This document shows positions 34,359-38,063 of a stretch of 38,063 nucleotides of DNA, piece by piece. The notes beneath the pieces were generated by a model. That model had not been told where the DNA came from. It worked only from the letters and a program-made list of their open reading frames with translations, and did not search any database. This DNA is from Nitrospirota bacterium (GTDB lineage Bacteria > JACPQY01), in the NCBI GenBank assembly GCA_016180645.1, contig JACPAV010000007.1, positions 166,888 through 204,950 of the forward strand, written 5' to 3'. The position numbers and the translations under genes were made by a program. How positions within the stretch are numbered: position 1 is the stretch's first letter; each line of letters starts with the position of its first letter.

Positions 34359-35207
34359 CTAGGACTTACGCGGCTCTTGCTTCTCGTCGTACGCGGCGAT
34401 CAGCTCCTCGATCGTACGGCGCATCCGCACCTTGCCGCGCTCCACTTTGACGCCGGCGATGGTCGTCTGAGCGACCTGGACCTCGGGCTCGGCGGTCTGC
34501 CGCTGCTCGTGCATGCTCTTCTCCAGCGCCAGCCGTCCGTCGGAAATGGCTTCGCCGATGCGGGTGAGGAAAAGCCGGATGGATCGGACCGAATCATCAT
34601 TGGCAGGGATGGGATAGGCCATTTCGTCGGGGTCGCTGTTCGTGTCGGCCAACGCCACCACCGGGATGGAGAGGCGGTGGGCCTCCTGAATGGCAATGTG
34701 TTCCTTCTCGCTGTCGACTACCACGAGCGCTCCGGGCAGCTTGTCCATGTTGAGAATGCCCTCCAAGGCGCTCTGCATCTTGTCCCGCTTGAGGATCATG
34801 CGGCGGACTTCCTTCTTCGTGAACGCGGGACTGAACCCTTCTTTTTCCATTCGCTCAAGCGCCTTGATCTGTTCGACGCATTTCTTGATCGTGTTGAAAT
34901 TCGTTAGCGTGCCTCCGACCCACCGGAGATTGACGTACGGCATGTCGTGGGCTTTCGCGATCTCGCCGACGATCATCTGCGCCTGGGGCTTTGTTCCGAT
35001 GAGGAGGACCTTCTCGCCCCGGGCTACAATATGACCGACGAAATTGCAGGCTTCCTTGCAAAGGTCGATGGTCTTATTGACGTTCAGGATGTGGATGCCC
35101 CGCTTGGCGCCGTAGATGTAAGGGGCCATCTTGGGGTTCCACTTTTGGGTCGGGTGACCCAGGTGGACGCCCGCTTCAATGAGCTCAGTGACCGTCAATT
35201 CCGCCAT
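34359..35207 (-). CDS. rpsB: 30S ribosomal protein S2
   Basis: EAGVHLGH...WNPKM, RWVGGTLTN, DTNSDP, PANDDS. ATG 35207. Confidence 0.97.
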   Translation of the reverse strand: MAELTVTELIEAGVHLGHPTQKWNPKMAPYIYGAKRGIHILNVNKTIDLCKEACNFVGHIVARGEKVLLIGTKPQAQMIVGEIAKAHDMPYVNLRWVGGTLTNFNTIKKCVEQIKALERMEKEGFSPAFTKKEVRRMILKRDKMQSALEGILNMDKLPGALVVVDSEKEHIAIQEAHRLSIPVVALADTNSDPDEMAYPIPANDDSVRSIRLFLTRIGEAISDGRLALEKSMHEQRQTAEPEVQVAQTTIAGVKVERGKVRMRRTIEELIAAYDEKQEPRKS

Positions 35208-35258
35208 AAGCGCGCCCCTGTATAGCACACCCCGAAACGGAGTGCAAAACCCGGTAAG

Positions 35259-37562
35259 TTATGGAACGAGGGGGTCGGTCCGCCCCCAGGAGGAGGGGGA
35301 AGACCCCATGGTCAGGAGGAGCGAGCCGCCGGAGGCGAGGTCCGCGTGGCGAAACCACGGCTCGCGAAGCGGCCTGCCATTGAGCGAAGCGGACCGAATG
35401 TAAAGATTTTCCGGAGAAGCGTTCCTAGCCTCGATGACAAAGTTCCCGTCGGGGAGGTGCAGGACGCTTCGGCCGAACACCGGACTGCCGATGAGGTAGA
35501 CGTCGGTCCCGGCGAGCGGATAGATGCCCATTGCGCTGAAGACGTACCACGCAGAGAGAGTGCCCGCGTCATCGTTCCCGGGAAGGCCGTCCGGCCCGTC
35601 GGTGTACTTGGTGTCCATGATCCACCGAATCCATCTCGGGGCGAGATCCGGGCGGCCGGCGAGCGTGTACATGTAGGCGGCGTGGATGTCGGGTTCGTTG
35701 CCGTGCCAGTAGTAGGGATCGGGCATGGGGTAGGGGGTTCCGCCGAGGGGGATGACCGCCGCGGGATTTTCCACGGAGGATTGGAAAAAGGTGTCGAGCT
35801 TCCGGAGCATCGCGTCGCGGCTGCCGAAGAGTTGGATGAATCCGGACACGTCGTAGGGAACGAGCCAAAGATATTGCCAGGCATTGCCTTCGACGTAGTG
35901 GTCTTGGAGGATTCCCGCCGGATTGAATTTGTCCGGGTCGGCCCATGAACCGGATGTCGTTTTGGGCCGGAAGAACTGGGTGTCATCGTCCCACTGGTTT
36001 CGATAGGTTTGTGATCGTTCGAGATAGGTGGCGTGGTCGGATTCCAGACCCAAGGCCCTGGCCATTCGAGCAATCGCGTAATCGGCATAGGCGTATTCGA
36101 GAGTGAGTGAGACCGACCCGCCCATTTTGTCGGCTGGACAGAAACCGGCCGCGAGGCAGTCCTTGATTCCGCCACGCGGGCCATCCGTTCCCGCCGATTT
36201 TTTCATGCCTTCGTAGGCCAGGGCCGAGTCGAATTCGCGAATGCCCTTCAGGTAGCTTTCGGCGATCACGATATCGGCCGGGGTGCCCACCATCGTGCCC
36301 GCTTCGCTCGATGCGAGCGGCCACCGAGGGAAGTTGCCGTGCTGCTCGTACATCTTGACCAGCGTTACCACCATCTCACGTTGCCGATCGGGGGCGAGCA
36401 GGGTCAGGAGCGAGTGGAGCGTGTGGTACGTATCCCACAGCGAGAAATCGGTGTAGTAGCGGAAACCGTCCGCCTGATGGATTTGCTTGTCGAGGCCGAC
36501 GTACCGCCCGTCCACGTCGGTAAAGAGCGTGGGCATGAGATTCGAGTGGTAGAGGGCGGTGTAGAAAATCGTGCGTTCGCGCTCGGAACCGCCGGTGGCT
36601 TCAATTCCACCCATGATCTTGCTCCACGCGTTTTCGGCGGCTGCGCGTATTTCTTCAAACGATTTCCCGGCGATCTCCCGCTCGCGGTTGAGCCGCGCCT
36701 GTTCCACGCTGACGTAGGAAAGTCCAACCTGTGCCTCGACGGTCGTGGCCCCGGTCACTTCGAATCCCAGGTAGGCGCCGGCATCGCTGCCGTTCTCGAG
36801 GACTTCGAAGCCGGATTGACCGGGCAGGAGTTCGCCCTTGTTCCACAGGCTGTATTCTATAATGGGCCGGTTGAACTGGGCCGAAAAATACACGTGGAAG
36901 ATGGGCCCAAAGTCCCCCTTGTTGATCATCCAGCCGGAGATGTCACGATCACCAGGAGAGATGTCGATGCGAGCGCCCCGGCACTCACCGGTTCCCAACG
37001 TGTGGCAGACATCGATCAGGACCACCGGCGGCGCTCCGGCCGGAAAAGTGTATCGATGGGCCGCGCTTCTTTCCGAGGCGGTGAGTTCGACCCGGATCCC
37101 GCTGTCCTCCAGAGTCACGGCGTAGTATCCCGGACGCGCGGCTTCGGTGCTGTGGGAGAATCGGCTCTGGTAGCCGATTTCGTTTGTCTTGGAGACGTCC
37201 ATTCCCACCGTGGGCATGAACAAGATGTTCCCGTAGTCCGCAACTCCCGTGCCCTCCATGTGCGTGTGGCTGAATCCCTGGATGAAGGTATCGGGGTACC
37301 AGTATCCGGCGGCATGGGCGAAACCGATCGCCGCGAGATCGCCCGACGTGTCGGGTCCCACTTTGACCATTCCGAACGGCATTGTTGCCCCGGGAAATGC
37401 ATTTCCTTGGGCGAATCCGGCCCCGCCGCTCCCGATGAGCGGATTTACATATTCGATGGCCGGCTTGGCAAGTGGCTGAGCAATTGGTGCTTGGACGGCT
37501 TCAGAGTTGCAGGCCGCGCAAAAGATGACCACCTCAGCCAAGTGGACTCGACGCGTCCCCAT
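35259..37562 (-). CDS. GH92-family alpha-mannosidase, probably a lipoprotein or secreted
   Basis: YVNPLIGSGG, PFGMVKVGPD, GFSHTHMEGTG, FSLWDTY, EGNAWQY, HGNEP, GNDDAGTLSAWYVFSAMGIYP. Confidence 0.93.
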   Translation of the reverse strand: MGTRRVHLAEVVIFCAACNSEAVQAPIAQPLAKPAIEYVNPLIGSGGAGFAQGNAFPGATMPFGMVKVGPDTSGDLAAIGFAHAAGYWYPDTFIQGFSHTHMEGTGVADYGNILFMPTVGMDVSKTNEIGYQSRFSHSTEAARPGYYAVTLEDSGIRVELTASERSAAHRYTFPAGAPPVVLIDVCHTLGTGECRGARIDISPGDRDISGWMINKGDFGPIFHVYFSAQFNRPIIEYSLWNKGELLPGQSGFEVLENGSDAGAYLGFEVTGATTVEAQVGLSYVSVEQARLNREREIAGKSFEEIRAAAENAWSKIMGGIEATGGSERERTIFYTALYHSNLMPTLFTDVDGRYVGLDKQIHQADGFRYYTDFSLWDTYHTLHSLLTLLAPDRQREMVVTLVKMYEQHGNFPRWPLASSEAGTMVGTPADIVIAESYLKGIREFDSALAYEGMKKSAGTDGPRGGIKDCLAAGFCPADKMGGSVSLTLEYAYADYAIARMARALGLESDHATYLERSQTYRNQWDDDTQFFRPKTTSGSWADPDKFNPAGILQDHYVEGNAWQYLWLVPYDVSGFIQLFGSRDAMLRKLDTFFQSSVENPAAVIPLGGTPYPMPDPYYWHGNEPDIHAAYMYTLAGRPDLAPRWIRWIMDTKYTDGPDGLPGNDDAGTLSAWYVFSAMGIYPLAGTDVYLIGSPVFGRSVLHLPDGNFVIEARNASPENLYIRSASLNGRPLREPWFRHADLASGGSLLLTMGSSPSSWGRTDPLVP

Positions 37563-37627
37563 CTCTTACGTGTACCACAATCAGGCGCATCCTCCGAGAG
37601 CGATAAGTGCCCATCCCAAAACGTATC

Positions 37628-37963
37628 GCGGACCCTGAAGGGCCCGCTACGGAGAAGCTGTTTTTCGCCTGTAGCGGAGCCTTTAGGCTCCGCGAATCCC
37701 GCTCCGGTTCTGTCGGGTTTTGGGATAGGTTCTGAGCTCGACTTTTGCCATTTTTCCATGCTGTGTGAACATCGCTTAGAATCTCGCTCGGATGGGAAGG
37801 TATCTTCAGACACCGCTCAAGAATGGCAAAAGTCGAGCTTAGAGCCTCTGACAGAATGCCGCTTCGTAGGGGAGCATCTTCAGATGCTCCCAATACGGGC
37901 GGATCTAAAGATCCGCCCCTACGAATTGCTCCCTCTTTCGGGAGGGCCTGAAGGCCCTCCCCT
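37628..37963. repeat. cluster of five REP-like palindromes plus a long inverted repeat
   Basis: Units at 37628-37650 (-), 37671-37693 (+), 37866-37891 (+), 37897-37922 (-) and 37940-37963 (-, degenerate foot), all with CTT(C/T)AG centres. 18-bp perfect IR at 37735-37752 / 37822-37839. Confidence 0.75.
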
Positions 37964-38063
37964 TTCTCTGAAAGCGGCTGCCTTGTCAACCTATACGTTT
38001 CTCCTTTTTCTTCTTCCTCCCGGTCGTTTGAATCAGGGTCTCATCTATCTCTTCGCCGTCAAA

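Overview
GC-rich bacterial chromosomal window with two parts. About 1.2-15.2 kb is a minus-strand Type I restriction-modification locus (hsdR-hsdS-hsdM) expanded into a cassette array. Four cargo modules lie between hsdS and hsdM: DUF5131 + TcmP-like; DUF6978-like + DUF1828/1829-like; ABC ATPase + DUF4276/TOPRIM-like; and Fic. They are separated by three in-frame, TRD-less direct copies of the hsdS 3' end, which share an invariant 23-bp core with intact hsdS. A frameshifted copy of the hsdM 5' end sits at one junction. A second Fic gene and Fic 3' remnants lie between hsdR and hsdS, bracketed by copies of the hsdR 3' end. No integrase is visible, so this looks like tandem accretion of candidate defence cassettes at the conserved ends of R-M genes. 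The rest is mostly housekeeping (aroK, queA, larC, fliC, aspS, gpsA, frr-pyrH-tsf-rpsB, a sensor kinase, proteases, GH92). Smaller oddities there include an unannotated LAGLIDADG-like ORF with an ACG start, an 81-bp in-frame palindromic insertion in gpsA, a GTAG-type REP family, and an anti-RBS-like sequence downstream of fliC. All family calls come from motif recognition by eye, and all identities are hand counts; no database searches were run.
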